Of a DNA stretch of 64,000 nucleotides, positions 12,480 through 27,159 are shown piece by piece. The translations under genes were made by a program, and so were the position numbers. The stretch spans positions 275,838,001-275,902,000 of the forward strand of contig OZ024742.1 in NCBI GenBank assembly GCA_964016885.1, read 5' to 3'. The notes beneath the pieces were generated by a model that saw only the letters and a program-made list of their open reading frames with translations, was not told where the DNA came from and ran no database searches. The DNA comes from Eledone cirrhosa (Eukaryota). How positions within the stretch are numbered: the first letter of the stretch is position 1; each line of letters opens with the position of its first letter.

Positions 12480-14245
12480 GTACATTCAAAGCAGAGACCT
12501 CACTCTCCAGTTAGTCCTCTTCGCAATCCTGACACAAGCTAGATTACTGATGATCCCAAAGAATATGCAGAACTCATTGCTGAATGTTATGCAGGCATTT
12601 TTACTGTTGAAAACCAAAACATACCATCTCCACCACCTCTGACATCAAATTTTATAACAATTATGGAATTTACACTTACAATGCTGCGATGTCACCTTAA
12701 GAATAAGCGCAACTATGCCTCTCCTAGTCTTCATGGTGGGTACTTTCTTCTGCAGCTTTCACTCTTCTTTCAATTCTGTGTTAACAACAGTGTTACTCTA
12801 GAGCAGTGGAAAACATTCCTCTGTTCAAAAAAAGTGATCACACATAGCCTGTCAGTCTTACTAACTGCATCACCAAATCCTGTGTCAGAGAAACACTTTG
12901 GAATTTCTGGAATTCTCATAGCCTTATCCAGCCCTTGCAATTTGGATTTATCCCTAACTGCAACTGCTGAGATCAACTCAACAAGTTTCTTGAAGACATT
13001 ACCCAGATCGCTGATGGTGGCTCATGGGTGGATGTTGTTTACCTTGACTTTGCTAAAGCTTTTAATTCTGTACCGCACAAAAGACTTATGTCAAAATTCT
13101 CTGCAATTGGTGTGAGAGATGATCTTTATAACCGGTTGAAGTCCTTCATTCTTAGTTGAAAAGAGGTAATCACGGCTTTAGGACAGTATTCTTCACCCTA
13201 TGAGATGTCATCTGGTGTACCACAAGGATCTGTCCTTGGTCTCCTTTTGTTTGTTGCATATATTAATGACATAGATGACAACTTAAAGAATGCCACAGTG
13301 CTGAAATATGCAGATGACATGAAGCTATACCTTGAGATAAAAAGGACAGATCCTGAATACTATAGATCACAATACAACATAATACAACAATGGATCACAG
13401 ACTGGCAACTCAAGCTGGTTGTGGACATGTGTATCACCATGTATTTTGGGAGGAAAAACCCTGTGTTCACATACTCCCTCCACAACACTAATCTCAAGAA
13501 GTTTTCTTGTGAACGTGACCTAGGCATTACTGTCAGCAGTGATTTGAGTTGGACAAAGCACATCTCTAAAATTCTCAAGAAGATGAGGCCGAGGGTGTCT
13601 TGGCATCACTCAGTAAAATCTTTGTCAGCCGCTCTCCAGCTATCTACTTAAAGCTGTATATAGCTATGGTGCGGTCACACTTAGAATTTGCATCACCAGT
13701 CTGGAACCGTATCTTGCTAAGAATATTGACTTCCGGGAAACTGTTTGGAGACATGCAACCAAGCAGATACCCTCCATAAGGCAACTACCATATGCTGAAT
13801 GCCTTGTTTCCCTGGGCATGGATACATTAAAGATCCGACATCTGGCAACTGACTTGGTGAACACCCACAAAATTATTAACCCCTTGCAAACAACCCTGAT
13901 CACCTTTTTGAATTCCATGTGTCTAACACCCATGGACATGCCTACAATGTCAGAAAACAGCACAGCTCCTATGACTCATGCTCAGAGTTGCTGAAGTATG
14001 GAATAAACTATCAGCATCGGTAGTTAGCTATCGGAACACTGCATCCTTCAAAACTTCCATGCTTCCCAAAATTCGCCAACACTACACCTGATATTCCCCC
14101 TCAACACATGCATGCAGGTATCTGTGTGTATATCACGACTCATACACTGTTCACTTTCCTAACATTTGTACATTATTCTATGTACTCTACATGCACCTTT
14201 GATGAGTTGTAGTGCACCCGAGCATTGTACACAATAATTTTCATT
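12480..14245 (+). mobile_element. Degraded CR1-clade LINE (RT and 3' UTR)
   Basis: VDVVYLDFAKAFNSVPHKRL, SGVPQGSVLG, YADDMKLY, ERDLGI, MVRSHLEFASPVWNPYL. Confidence 0.85.
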
Positions 14246-15124
14246 ATTTTTTTTATACGATTAGCATTTGTTTATTTTTTTCTATTTTCCTAAGTTTGTT
14301 TACATATACCCAGCTCTGAAAGTCCCCCTCATCCTATTCCTGTCATTACTTTATTTTACTATATTGTATTTTTCTTTTCATTATGATCACCACTTCCACC
14401 TGGTCAGCTTCATCATTATATGAGCAACCTCACATACCAAATCCTGCTAATGGCATTACTTCACATTTGTTTGGCAAGTTGTCCACAGCTGAATGCTCTT
14501 CTTCCATGAACCACTTTACACAATATACTGGGTACATTTATCATGTACATCACCAACACTAGAGAAGTTTCCATGCCCTTATAACAACTGGAGAATCCAC
14601 TCTACTCTTGTGGCAGAGCTTCTACCATGGAATGCTCTTCTTATCACAAGCTGCCTTACAGGGTGTACTGGGTGAATTTCTTGTGGTATCAGTATTAGTG
14701 ATATGTTGGTCATTTGTCATCTACTCTGTCAGATGCATCATTTTACTGCCCAGGTCTCCCTCTACTGCAGCTTCCTTCCACTCAGATCTCTTCACACTTC
14801 TTCACCCAGTGATCACCATCTGTACACATAATGTATCCACAATTCTCTCTCTTACACACTGCATCTGAGTTCTTTTATACACACCCAATTAATCTATGCT
14901 TCTACAAATACATTAGATAGAAAACAAATATGTATAGTAAAAGATTAATTTTATTAAAAATATCACAATAGTAAATTATCTCACCAATGTAGATATATTT
15001 GTGGTTATATAAAAGATAGTTTTAGAAAGTTATCATCAAACATTGCGATATCTTCTTTTTTTATCGAATGACTTTTGACATTGATATGGTTATAATTCTG
15101 TATTAATATAAAAATGTGTATTAA

Positions 15125-16321
15125 CCCTTTAGCATTCGCATTCATTTTCAAATGTCATGCTTATCTGTTCGCATCGCCGAGGTTAACTTTGCCTTTCATC
15201 CTTATGGCGTCGATAAAATAAAGTACCAGTAATGCACTGGGTAATTGCTGGCCTTGTGACAAAAGTAGAAACAATTATTTTGAGTGAATCATACTCAAGA
15301 GGGTTATCAATTTTATTTGTTTGTAATTTTCTTAATTTTCTATGTGCAGGCTTGAAATTTTGTCAGTAGATGTTTAAATATCAATAATTTACAATTATAT
15401 AATTTTACCTGATTTTTTTGGTTAAATTTGACTTTTATGGGCAGGTGAAATTAATTAATAGGGGCATTTGAAGTATCAACTAGGTGCAAATACTGGTTTA
15501 ATTTTAAATACATTGTTTTTGGCATAATACTTGATATATAAGGATCACTAAACCTTATATCAGTGCTCCAGTAATTCCACAGTCTTGGAAATTGTTTTAT
15601 ACCAAACATAATATTTACGGTAAAAAATGTTTCCATTTCCGCAGCATCTGTCGGTCGCCAAACAGATCGGGTTTTCCTCGATTTGAAATCTGTTGCTGGG
15701 CATATCGATTAATCTCTTCTGCCACAACTTTGAAGAAAGTTAGTGGTAAAAACAAAAAGAAATAATCCAGTGCTTTAGCATCGGGGGCTAATGTGTGTTG
15801 TGGGACCAGTATTTTGAATAAAATCGGGAACATATATTGGTGTGGTATTTTTCAACCACATTGCTGTAATATTTTCAATGGCATCCTAGAGATCTCCTTC
15901 GTTTTCACTTTCAAGCCAACAGTCATCGTCGGATGAAATTTCAGAAATGTAAACATCTGATTCATTTGAAGATAAATCACTAATATTATCTTTTGTTTCT
16001 TGTTCATTCTGAATGTCGTTGTGTGTAAAACCTTCAAAGTCGGTATTGCTACTTTCACAAGCCATGTTGATACACAAAAAATCTGTTCTACTTTCAACGT
16101 TAAAAAAACACATGTTTTAAGTTGTTTCACTATATTAAGTGTTAATTTTCGTGGTAAGGGCCTAATCTCGCAGTAATCTCGAATTGACAAGATGTTGATG
16201 ATGGTTTGTTTATGTTTAGAACGATATTTTAGTGTGGGTGTTATCGGCCGGTTTCAGGAGGTTTGAACAAATGAAGGGGAAATAATTTCGGCCGGTTTCG
16301 GGCGGTTTTAACACTAAAGGG
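15125..16321 (-). mobile_element. piggyBac-derived element with an N-terminal transposase remnant and an internal SINE fragment
   Basis: TTAA|CCCTTTAG...CTAAAGGG|TTAA termini; acidic N-terminus, then LDYFFLFLP...EEINRYA and NYWSTD...ISSIMP...YLHLVD. Confidence 0.75.
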
Positions 16322-16471
16322 TTAAGAGACATTTTTACAGAATGATTTACCAGATATCAAGAGCCTTGGAAAGTAGATGTTAAACAATGATGATGATGAT
16401 GATGAAAGTGACATAGCTTCTCTCCAGAATGAACAGATATGTATTTAGTTAAACACAATTTCTAGAAAATA

Positions 16472-19286
16472 TCAGAGTGATATAGATTTTCGAAGTTTTC
16501 CCACAATATGCATATGCTTGTGTTTAGTTAGGGCTTTATTTTCAGAGAATGATTTACCACAGATATCACAGTGATATGGTTTTTCGCCTGTATGAATACG
16601 TTTATGTATAATTAAGGTACTATTTCGAGAAAATGATTTACCACAGATATCACAGAGATATGGCTTGTCTCCTGTATGAATATATTTGTGTGTAGTTAAA
16701 TCACTACTTTGAGAAAACGATTTACCACATATGTCACAGTGAAATGGTTTCTCTCCTGTATGAGTACGTATGTGATTTGTTAAAGGAGTTTTATCAGAGA
16801 ATGATTTACCACAAATGACACAGTGATATGGTTTCTCACCTGTGTGAATGCGTTTATGTCTAGTTAAGACATTTGTATGAGAGAATGACATACCACAGAT
16901 ATCACAAAGATACAATTTATCTCTTGTATGAACTAGTCTGTGTTTAATTAAGTCACCATTTCGAGAGAATGATTTACCACAGACATCATAGTGATATGGC
17001 TTTTCTCCTGTATGAATACGTTTGTGTCTAGTTAAAGCACAATTTTGAGGGAATGATTTCCCACAGATATCACAGCAATATGGTTTTATGCCTGTATGAA
17101 TGCTTTCGTGAGCTTTTAAATGAGCTCTTTGAGAGAAGGATTTACCACAGATGACGCAGTGATATGGCTTCTCTCCTGTATGAGTATGTCTGTGTATAGT
17201 TAAGTATCTATTAGTAGAGAATGATTTACTACAGACATCACAGCAATATGGCTTCTCTCCTGTATGAGTTCGTTTGTGTTTAGTTAACTGGGTACTTCTA
17301 GAGAATGATTTACCACACACATCACAGCGATTTGGTTTCTTTCCTGTATGAATGTGTTTGTGAAATATCATGTCAGTTCTCCTAGAGAATGATTTACCAC
17401 AGATATCACAGTGATAGGGCTTCTTTCCTGTATGTATGTGTTTGTGACAAGTTAAGGTACCACCTTCATAGAACAATTTACCACAGATATCACAGTGATA
17501 TGGCTTTTCTCCTGTATGAGTACGTTTGTGTATAGTAAATACTCCATTAGTAGAGAATGATTTACCACAGATGTCACAGCGATATGGCTTCTCTGTTGTA
17601 TGAGTACATTTGTGTATAGTTAAGTGGGTATTCCTAGAGAATGATTTACCACAGATATCACAGTGATGGGGCTTCTTTCCTGTATGAATGCGTTTGTGAA
17701 ATATCATGCGAGTTCTCCTAGAGAATGATTTACCACAGACATCACAGTGATGGGCCTTCTTTTCTGTATGTATATTTTCATGAGATAACAAGTTAGCTCT
17801 TTGGGAGAAAGATTTACCACAGATGTCACAGTGATATGGCTTTTCTCCTGTATGGATACGCTTATGTAATGTTAACACAGTATTTTGAGAGAATGATTTC
17901 ACACAAATATCACAGTGATATGGATTCTCTCCTGTATGAATACATTTGTATTTAGTTAATGTAATTCGTTCAGAGAATGATTTACCACAGGTGTCACAGA
18001 AATATTGTTTCTCCCCTGTATGAGTACGTTTGTGCTTGGTTAAGGTATTGCTTTCAGAGAATGATTTATCACAGATAGAACATTGATATAGCTTTTCTCC
18101 TATATGAATATGTTTGTGTATAACTAACTCACAACTTCTAGAGTATAATTGTATAATTTACCAGAGATGTAATATTGATATGGCTTCTCTCCTGTATGAA
18201 TGCATTTGTGATTAGTTAAGGCATCATCTTCAGAGAATGACTTACCACAGATATCACAGCGATAAGGATTTTCTCTTGAATGAAGGAGTTTATGCTTATA
18301 TAAGTAACGTCTTGCGGGGAAAGATTCACCACAGATATCACAGCGATATGGCTTCTCTCCTGTATGAGTACGTTTGTGTATAACTAACTCACAACTTCTA
18401 GAGTAAAATTTACCACAGGTATCACAGTGATATGGCTTCTCTCCCGTATGAGTACGTTTGTGTCTAGTTAAAACACTTCCTATAGAGTAGGATTTTCCAC
18501 AGATATCACAGCGATATGGCTTCTCACCAGTATGAATACGTTTGTGTTTGGTTAAGTCACCACTCTGAAAGACAGATATACCACAGATATCACATTGAAA
18601 TGGCTTTACACCTGTATGCCACTGTTTATGTTTCTTTAAGTCTGAATTTCGGGAGAATGATTTACTACAGATATCACAGCAATAAGGTTTTATTCCTGTA
18701 TGAATGCTTTTGTGAAATGTCAAGTGTTCTTTTTGGGAGAATGATTTATCACAGATATCAGAGTGATATGGATTCTCACCTGTATGAGTACGTATGTGTG
18801 TAGTTAAGGTTCTATTTGCAGAAAATGTTTTACCACAGATGTCACAGTGATATGGCTTTATTCCTGTATGGATGCTTTTGTGTTCAGTTAATATATTATT
18901 TTGAGAGAATGAATTACCACAGATATTACAGTGATATGGCTTCTCGCCTGAATGAATACGCATGTGTAGAATTAAGCTTCCATTTGTAGAGAATTTTTAC
19001 CACAGATATCACAGTGATATGGTTTCTCTCCTCCATGAGTATGTTTGTGTCTAGTGAAATGACCATCTTCAGAGAATGATTTACCACAGATATTACAATG
19101 GTATCGCTTTTCTCCTGTATTAGTATGTTCATGAGAATTCAATTTATATTCTTTGGACAATGATTTACCTTTGATATCACAATGGTATGATGTTTTTATT
19201 ATCTCATTCAGTACCTCACTAGGAAAATCATTTCTTTCAGACTCTGATTTAATCTTAACCTGTTTCTTCCATAATTCATTTTCCAT
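16472..19286 (-). pseudogene. Tandem C2H2 zinc-finger gene (~30 fingers, single coding exon) with two frameshifts; pseudogene or truncated allele
   Basis: Continuous [16 protein letters not shown] repeats over three ORFs; 1-bp loss in an A-run at ~18995; 8-bp duplication (aattatac) at ~18143-18158; splice acceptor tttcag just upstream of 19325. Confidence 0.85.
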
Positions 19287-19779
19287 ATTATATCCTTTCT
19301 GTCACTGTTAAATATTGGTGATATTCTGAAATAATAAAGAAATTTTATATAGGCTATTTGCAATGTAGAGATTCAACAATGGAAAGTTTACTACATTTCT
19401 ATATCAATAAACTAAAGATATAAACATTTACCTGAAGAATTGAAAATTAGCTTTATTGAAAGAAGCATCACTGGAGCTTCAAACTTTTCTTTAGGAAATA
19501 CAACATTCTTTTTTCTCTATTCATGAGATACTAACTTGAAGGAAGTTTTATTCAATTATAAAACCCCAACTATTTATCTTTTTCCATGTGTTTGTGAGGT
19601 GAACTACTTAACAAGACAGTCATACCTGCCACTATATGTCATTCATAATCAGCATAAGTAATGTTCAGTTTCTGTTTACATTTAAAACAATATCAGCCTG
19701 ACATGTGAAACAAAATTTGACAGTTTTATGAAAGAAGCTGAAAGCAAAATCACATGGGAAATTTTGAATCAGATATATG

Positions 19780-20500
19780 AATTACAAAAGTGATAGTGAC
19801 TCCAATTATGATAACAGCAGTGATTCAAATAAGGAAAGCAATATTTACTAAGAGGAATGGACAGAAAATTTGGAAGAGAACACACTTCAAGATTTTTCTG
19901 AAGTGTCAGGACTTCACCACAATCTTTCAAATGATAGGATGGCATGGTTTAGATAAGTCAGATAAATTTCAAACAATATATGTCAAACAAGCCCATTAAG
20001 TGGGAGTTCAAAGTCTAGAAAATTTGTGAATCATGTACTGAACATTGTTGCAGATTTATTTTTGATACAGGAATGAGAGATAGTGTTCCAAGTTAGTATG
20101 GCCTAGGGTTTAATGTAGTCTGGAAATTATCACTTCCATACCATAACCAAGACTAGATATTATATTTTAACCAGTGTTTTAGTTCAGTAGATTTGATATA
20201 CAACTGCTCTAATTACAAATAATGTGAGACAGGAAATTTACAAGAAACTGCATAAAAAGACAAAAGGTAAATAAATGTTCTATCTTCTTGTGCTTAAACC
20301 ACATGTGGATGTAAATGGTAAACCATTTGTAAACCAAGATTGTAACAGTTTTATGGGTGATGTAGATCTGATCAATCAGATAATGAGTTATTACTTGGTT
20401 GGCAGACCAGGTAATAAGTAGTGGCGATACCTAGTTTGGTATATAGTAATTATAAGTATTGTAAATGCTTTTTTTTACTAAACAGCAAATTGCAAGTTAC
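19780..20500 (+). mobile_element. Highly degraded piggyBac transposase remnant
   Basis: GLGFNVVWKLSLPY...YFNQCFSSVDL and NSFMGDVDLINQIMSYY...K*WRYLVWYIV...VNAF. Confidence 0.6.
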
Positions 20501-20779
20501 TCAAAAGAACTGCAACTGTCTGCAGTTTCTAGCAGATATAGTATTGTGGTTCAGGGTAGGGTATTCTTGAAAGAATTATCTGTTAGGGGGAAAGCAAAAG
20601 CCAGCAGACAAATGAATATTCCTCTCAATTCACCCAACCTAAAATAGTGTCTCATATAGGATCTCATGATGAACATAATAACATACATGTAGAGTACAAC
20701 CTGAAGTAGCTCATGGGTGTCCCCACTCCACTCTTCAAAACTCAAAGAGAGGAACATGATTGAAACAAGGAAGAAGTTC

Positions 20780-22325
20780 AGTCCATTTATGATGACCAAA
20801 TGTCTAATGTTCTTTGTGGAGACTAGTATATGAGGTTTGGAACATGGAGACAATAACAGGGAAATCAAAAGAAGTGGTGGAGGTAATGGCTAGAAGAAGG
20901 ATGGACCAATATTGAGTGCAGGAGATAAGATGAAAGGAAAGTGATACTAGAATAGTGAGAAGACACTGACAGAAATACATGTTTGTGTACCAAAAGGTTG
21001 TCTGGAAGATGTGCATGGTGTTGGTGAGTATCATGATTTCCACAGAGTTTACAGACAGTGTAGTGAGTATAGCTAGAGTAAGTGAACAGTTGATGGTGGT
21101 TAAACTGGTGATTGGAAAGTTCTTGGTGAACATCATATTAAGATATGCCCCACAGGCTGGTGAGAATGTTGAAGAAAAAGGGAAGTTTTGGTGTGCAATA
21201 GAGAAGATGATTGAAGATATGAAAGACAAGGAAGTTATTGTGATAGGGAGGAATTTGAATGGATGTGGGAAGGAGTATGGGTGGTTGTGAGTGAGTCCAT
21301 GGAGATTACAAGTATGGCGTGAAGAATGAAGAAGGAGAAAGGATTTATGAGTTTGCTGATAGAGCTGAGATGTCAATCTGTAATAACCAATTCCAGAAAA
21401 AAAGAAACACTTCATGTACACATCAGGTGGATCATTATAAACTGTGAACTACCTGATGGTATATGAGTGAAATAGGAAGAACCTTCATGATACAAAGGTA
21501 ATCCCAGGTGAGGAAGTTGGTACACAGAACCATCTAGTTGTCTGTGATCTAAGGATGGAAGGTGAGAGCTTAACAGGAAATATCAACAAAGGCTGAAGGT
21601 GTGGAGGTTAAAAGAAGCCACAATGAAGAAGGCTCTAAAAGAGAAACTGAGTATGTTAGAAGACATCAATGAACTTGAGTGTCTGGAAGTTTCAAAAGAT
21701 GGTTAGCTGAGAGCTGTTGATGATGTTCATGGATGGATAAAAGAACCAAGACGTCACTAAGAAACATGACTGATAGTGGGATGATGAAGTTAGAAAGAGA
21801 ATTGATGAGAAAAGCGAGTGATTCAGAGAATGACAAAGTGTGGCGTATGATAACAGAAGAGATTACAAGATAGTCAAGAGGGCTTGACAAGCAATCCTGT
21901 TCTCAGAGCTACAGAAGAGATAAAGGGGAAGAAGTTGAGGAAGTATTGAAAAAGACAAGTGGAAGAACTGGAAGACTGCCAGGTGTTATAAGAGATATGT
22001 TAAAGGCAGTGAGATGTTGAGGTGTGAAGAATATGACAGAGATCTGTAGGTTGGTGGTGAAAGAAGACCATATTTCAGTGGACTGTGAGATGAGTACTCT
22101 CATCAGTCTGTCCAAGGGCAAAGGCAATCCTTTAGATATTGGTTTGTATAGAGCAATTAACTTATTGGAACATGAAATAAAGGTACTGGAAAGAGTGTTA
22201 GAGAAGTGGATAAGGAAAACTGATGAGATGCAATTTGGATTCATGCAAGGAAAAGGAACAACTGATGCAATTTTTATCATGGGGCAGTTACAGAAGTACA
22301 TGAACAAGAGGAAGAATATATTTTT
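20780..22325 (+). mobile_element. Degraded RTE LINE (APE endonuclease to RT start)
   Basis: VQEIR, YAPQAG, GRNLNG, YRAINLLEH, MQFGFMQGKGTTDAIF. Confidence 0.8.
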
Positions 22326-22654
22326 TATTGTGTCTATTTATGTATTTGTAAATCTATTTCATTTTGTAGTTTATTATGTGTCATTTTCTAAGTATTCTTC
22401 AAACATAATCTTGACAAAGGGCAATAATCCAGAAACAATTATTGTCGATTGTTTCTCTCTGTCATTGCTAAAACAAAAGGATGGCGATGGTCATCTAATA
22501 AACATAGTGTAATGAGGCTGTTTTCTTGCAAACAAATCGTTTATTATTATTTAATATAAAACTCACGAATACACTTTATTACCATTGTAATGCACCTTGT
22601 AATTCAATGTGTACGATTCTTCAATATTATAATGTTGTTATATACCCAGCTGGA

Positions 22655-23193
22655 TATTGGCTAACGGAGTAGGCAGAACCAGAAAAACGTGAGACAATTT
22701 GATAAATTCTGACCTTACACACTTACACCTCTCCAAGACAATATCACTGGACTGAGATCTTTGGCGCTACGCAGTAATACAGAAGACCCGCCTTGCCTAA
22801 GTACAAAGCGAAATCTACAGTCAGTAGGCACCTCTTAACCAAAAATACACCCCATCCCACTACCCATACTGCCACCCCCAGCAACACCACCCCTTTCTCT
22901 GTAAAGTTATGTTGGTACCACAACATCCAGTCCTAAATAAATGAGGTCGTGTAGGTGTTACAACAAAAAAACACAGTCCACGCTGTAATGTGGCCGTGTA
23001 GGTAACACAGTAAAAACCTCCCAGTCCACACTGTAAACGTGGTTGGTGTTAGGAAGGGCATCCAGCCATAGAAAACCTGCCAGACAGTCCCATACGAGCA
23101 AGACGACCAATCTTGCCTCAAGTGGGACAATTCCCGTCTAAACCCATGCTAGCATGGAAGATAGAGGTTAAACGATGATGATGATGATGATGA
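22655..23193 (+). mobile_element. RTE LINE 3' end with (GAT)n tail
   Basis: Closely similar to 31240-31767 (GRTRKT, 3' UTR, aggaagggcatccagcc, gatgatgat). Confidence 0.85.
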
Positions 23194-23734
23194 TTTTGAA
23201 TTCATTTCGTAAGCTGATGTTCCAACAAATTTTAATAATTTTACAAAATTGACTTGCAATTTATTTAATGACCTTTTGTTAATTTAGATAAAACCTGTCA
23301 AATTTTTTGCTTATTTCAGAATACATATACAGTGTATTTTAGTTAGAAATATAGTAAGAAAAAGGTTAACAAAGCTATTTCTACAAAAGATCTCCTCATC
23401 TTCCACCCTACAGGCACCTAGTACACTCTGTAAAGTGGTATTAATGGTACATGGAAAAACTGATGTAAAATAAACATCAAATGATGATGATCATCATCAT
23501 TTATCTGTTTTGACTCTTAGCATGGGTTAGATGATTTGTCATCAGCCAAGACTACTTAATCTGTGCAACTGACCTTTCAGATAGATGGTGGGGCTAAGAG
23601 GGTTTCACTTACATACATTCCCATAATACAGTGTGTACATGGTGCATATTAGAAGGGAGGACTGGGGATGTGATGTGAGGTTTTTTTGACAGAATCTTAA
23701 TTTTATATTTTAAATAATATAATTAAATCATCCT

Positions 23735-24760
23735 GCTAATTATGGACCTGCTGTGGAAGATTGTGCAGCAGTATGGCAATGATGGTCAGCTTCTTGCTGC
23801 CCTGATGTCTCTATACAAATGCCCAAACATTTGTGTTAGGAGAAATAGTGCTAAATTGAAACCATTCAATGTGGGAGTCGGACTCCACCAAGGACGCATA
23901 CTGTCACCTCTCCTCTTCATTATTTGCATGAACAGGATTGACATGTGCAGCTGTTGGAAATTGTATTATGACTGGGAGGTGTAAAATCTGTTGGCTGCAA
24001 TTTGCAGATCACAAACTGTTACTTAACTCGACAGATGATGATCTTCGACTTGCACTTGATAGTTTTGATGCCGAGTGCTGCAAATCAGTGCTGCAAAAAC
24101 TGAGATACTCGTCCTCTCAAGGAAGCCTGCGCAGTGCACTCTACATGTGAATGGAGTTCCACTGAAGCAGGAAGAGAAGTTCATGTATTTTGGGGCCGTG
24201 GTCAAAATTAATGGAAGGTAGGAGAGTGAATTAAGTGCAAGGATTGCAGGAGCTGGTGCAGTAATGTGCCAGACTTAGTACTCAGTAATCAGAAGGGAGG
24301 TAGGCATAAAAATCAAACTTGTTATCTTCAATTCAATATTCATGCCAACCTTTACCTATAGTCATGAATGATGGGTAATGATTGCGAATACAAGCGGCAG
24401 AAATAGCATTCCTCCGAAAGGTCTTTTAAGTAATGTTGCTTGATAAAGTGTAAAGCTAGGAGATCAGAGAGTCACTCTAGGAAGAGCTGCTACTTCGAAT
24501 TGAGAGATCACAGCTCCGATACCATGGGCATGTGGTTAGAATGTCACAGGAAAGAATTGCTGGACAAACTTTATGGGCAAAACCAACAGATGGGAGACCT
24601 AGAGCAGGATGGTTGGATAACATCCATGAGCTTGGCTGGTCTTGCTTGCGGATCAAGCCAGATCAGTTGGAGAGTTATTTATGACAGGACCCGTTGGAAG
24701 TTGTGTTTGGGGACTCTGCCCCAACACCCCTCTCAGGAATAAGCGGGAGGAGGAGGAACT
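23735..24760 (+). mobile_element. Degraded RTE-clade (Expander/Rex3-like) LINE 3' part
   Basis: VGLHQGRILSPLLF, FAD, EKFMYFG, PTFTYSHE; gaataagcgg-type 3' end. Confidence 0.7.
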
Positions 24761-25377
24761 AACAAAGGGTCCCCTCATGGTCTTCCAACATACTACAAAT
24801 GACAGAGAAATCTCCCTCACATCACACTTCAGACTTTCCTTCTCCTATTTACCAATAAGTAAAAAGTCAACTTCCATATACTACGAATAACAGCCAAATC
24901 TCCCTCAAGTCCTTCCTTCTGCTACTTCCCATTAACAAACAAGGGAGCTTCTACAAAATCTCCCGACATACAAGAAATAACAGCCAAACAAGTAAAAGTT
25001 TCTGCTGAGAAAAAGGAGATTGAAAGTTTTTATTTTTCTCTTAAATCGTAAATAGTTAAAAACGAATAAATTCTCCCAAAATAATCGTAATTTTGGCACT
25101 ACAACGCTATTATCTGTCAGTCGAAGCAGCCGATGAAAGCAAAACATCGTTTATTTCCGTATTACTACCACGCGTAAGTGGAATTACTTAAATAAAAAAA
25201 AAAAATTTTTTTCACGCGTTTTTTTAAATTTTTTTTATTAAAGCATATAGATGTAAGTGGAGTTACTTAAATGAAAATATAGGTGGCCCTTAAAAGGGCC
25301 AAATTAGAATATACCGCTGCGTTTTTACAGTTTTACTAGTTACACATACACACACACACATATATATATATATACAC

Positions 25378-25454
25378 ACGGTGTCCCCTCCAAAATATAT
25401 ACACACTTTGATTACTTTGCTGTTGAAGTGTGTATACATTTTTTGGGACACTGT
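25378..25454. mobile_element. Tiny Tc1/mariner-like MITE (hairpin)
   Basis: cggtgtccc...tatacacactt and aagtgtgtataca...gggacactg inverted arms between TA-rich flanks. Confidence 0.5.
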
Positions 25455-25455
25455 T

Positions 25456-25500
<45 letters not shown>

Positions 25501-25849
25501 GGAAGGGAGAAATTTTTGGATGCTATACCTGACATAATAAAAAACCAAAATACACCCCTAACATTTGTCGGAATATCAATCACGAGAGTAGATAAATAAA
25601 TATATAAATACATAAATAAGAAATGATAGAAAAGGAAAAGAAAATCTGTACATTATGTAATATTCCCAGTCACCCCTAAATTTTCCCTAAATTTCAAAAC
25701 CAGGAGGGAAAAGTCTGAGGGTTAAAATCCCAAATGATGGTACCTCAAATAATAGTGTATCCCTTCGCATTACAGTTTAAAGCAATACATATGATCGCTT
25801 TGATGACTCTTATTCGTTTCAAAGGGTGTCGTTTTTTTCTCTTCTTTCT

Positions 25850-25897
<48 letters not shown>

Positions 25898-27159
25898 AAA
25901 ATCTTTCCCTCTCTGTCTATCTTTTGCCATAAAAACGATAATGATAATCAATTCAATTAAGAAATATATATATATATATATTATTAGTATTATTATTAAA
26001 ATTAAATACCATTTATTCTGCGGCAGGGAGCTTCATCTTCTCCATCATTCGCTCCTCCATAATCGTAGTACTAGTCGTTATTGTATGTGTGTTTCTGCGT
26101 ATATATTTATATGTGGTGTGTATGTGTTTGTGTGTATATGTATATATGTTTGCGATCGCCACTCTCGCCCTTCGTGAGGAGAATGCTGTGTACGTATGTA
26201 TATATATATATATATATGTGTGTATGTGTGTGCTTGGAATATTTACCAATGGTTGGTATATCGATGAACCTCTGATAGGCTTATACAGAATTAATGGATT
26301 TCGTATCGGTTCCTTTCGTTCGATCACCAAGAACTATCCACACATTTGAATTTATAATGTAAATGGTTAAATGTTTCACAAACACTTGTACTCCCTTACT
26401 TTAACATACCCCTCCCCCATATACACATACTATATGGGCACTCAGTTTGCTAAAAATAACAGCCAATTCTTTCCACCCACCTTAAAAAAAATATTAAGAA
26501 AGAACACGATGTCCGATAATGTTCGTATTAGATACACCTAAAACGACGGGATGGTCGTGGCTGGAATACCGTTGATCATAATGGAATTATGTGGTTTAGT
26601 CAAGGTTGACCTAGGGCTAAACAACAGCCTTTGCCCCTCAGGTGAAGGGGCCTTACTATCATGGAACGGGAATATTGTGATGGGACCCGACTTTTCCCCG
26701 CCCCCTCGGTCTAGCCCCGCAGGTACAGTCGAGTCCGCTTAAGAGTATACCCTCGGGAATGGAAAATATTAACCGAACTATACTCTTATCTGGACTAAGT
26801 AAAAATATTCCATAGTATTATTATTTTGAGTTTTTCAATGATTAATAATCGCTTTATTATCATTTAAAATGCAAGTCAACAAAACTCGCTTGCAACATTG
26901 TAGAGTGAATGTAAAATTTTATAAGCTTCAGCTTATAAAATTTTCCATCGATACTGGAAGTGTGAAAAGGATGCTTAATGCAATAGCATCATTTGAGTGA
27001 TATAAAAAATTTTCCCGATTTTAGAATTATTCCAGTTTATCATTTTTCCGAACATTCACATATTTACATGTAATATCACGTGAACACAACCACGTGACAA
27101 ATCACATTATTCTTTTAAAAGGAAAAGTTTGGCACCATTTTTCTTTCAAAAGGAATACA

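Noticed and set aside
25090-25290. Possible promoter or first exon of the zinc-finger gene (local CpG enrichment, cacgcgt twice)
   Set aside because: Cannot be tied to the gene without transcript data
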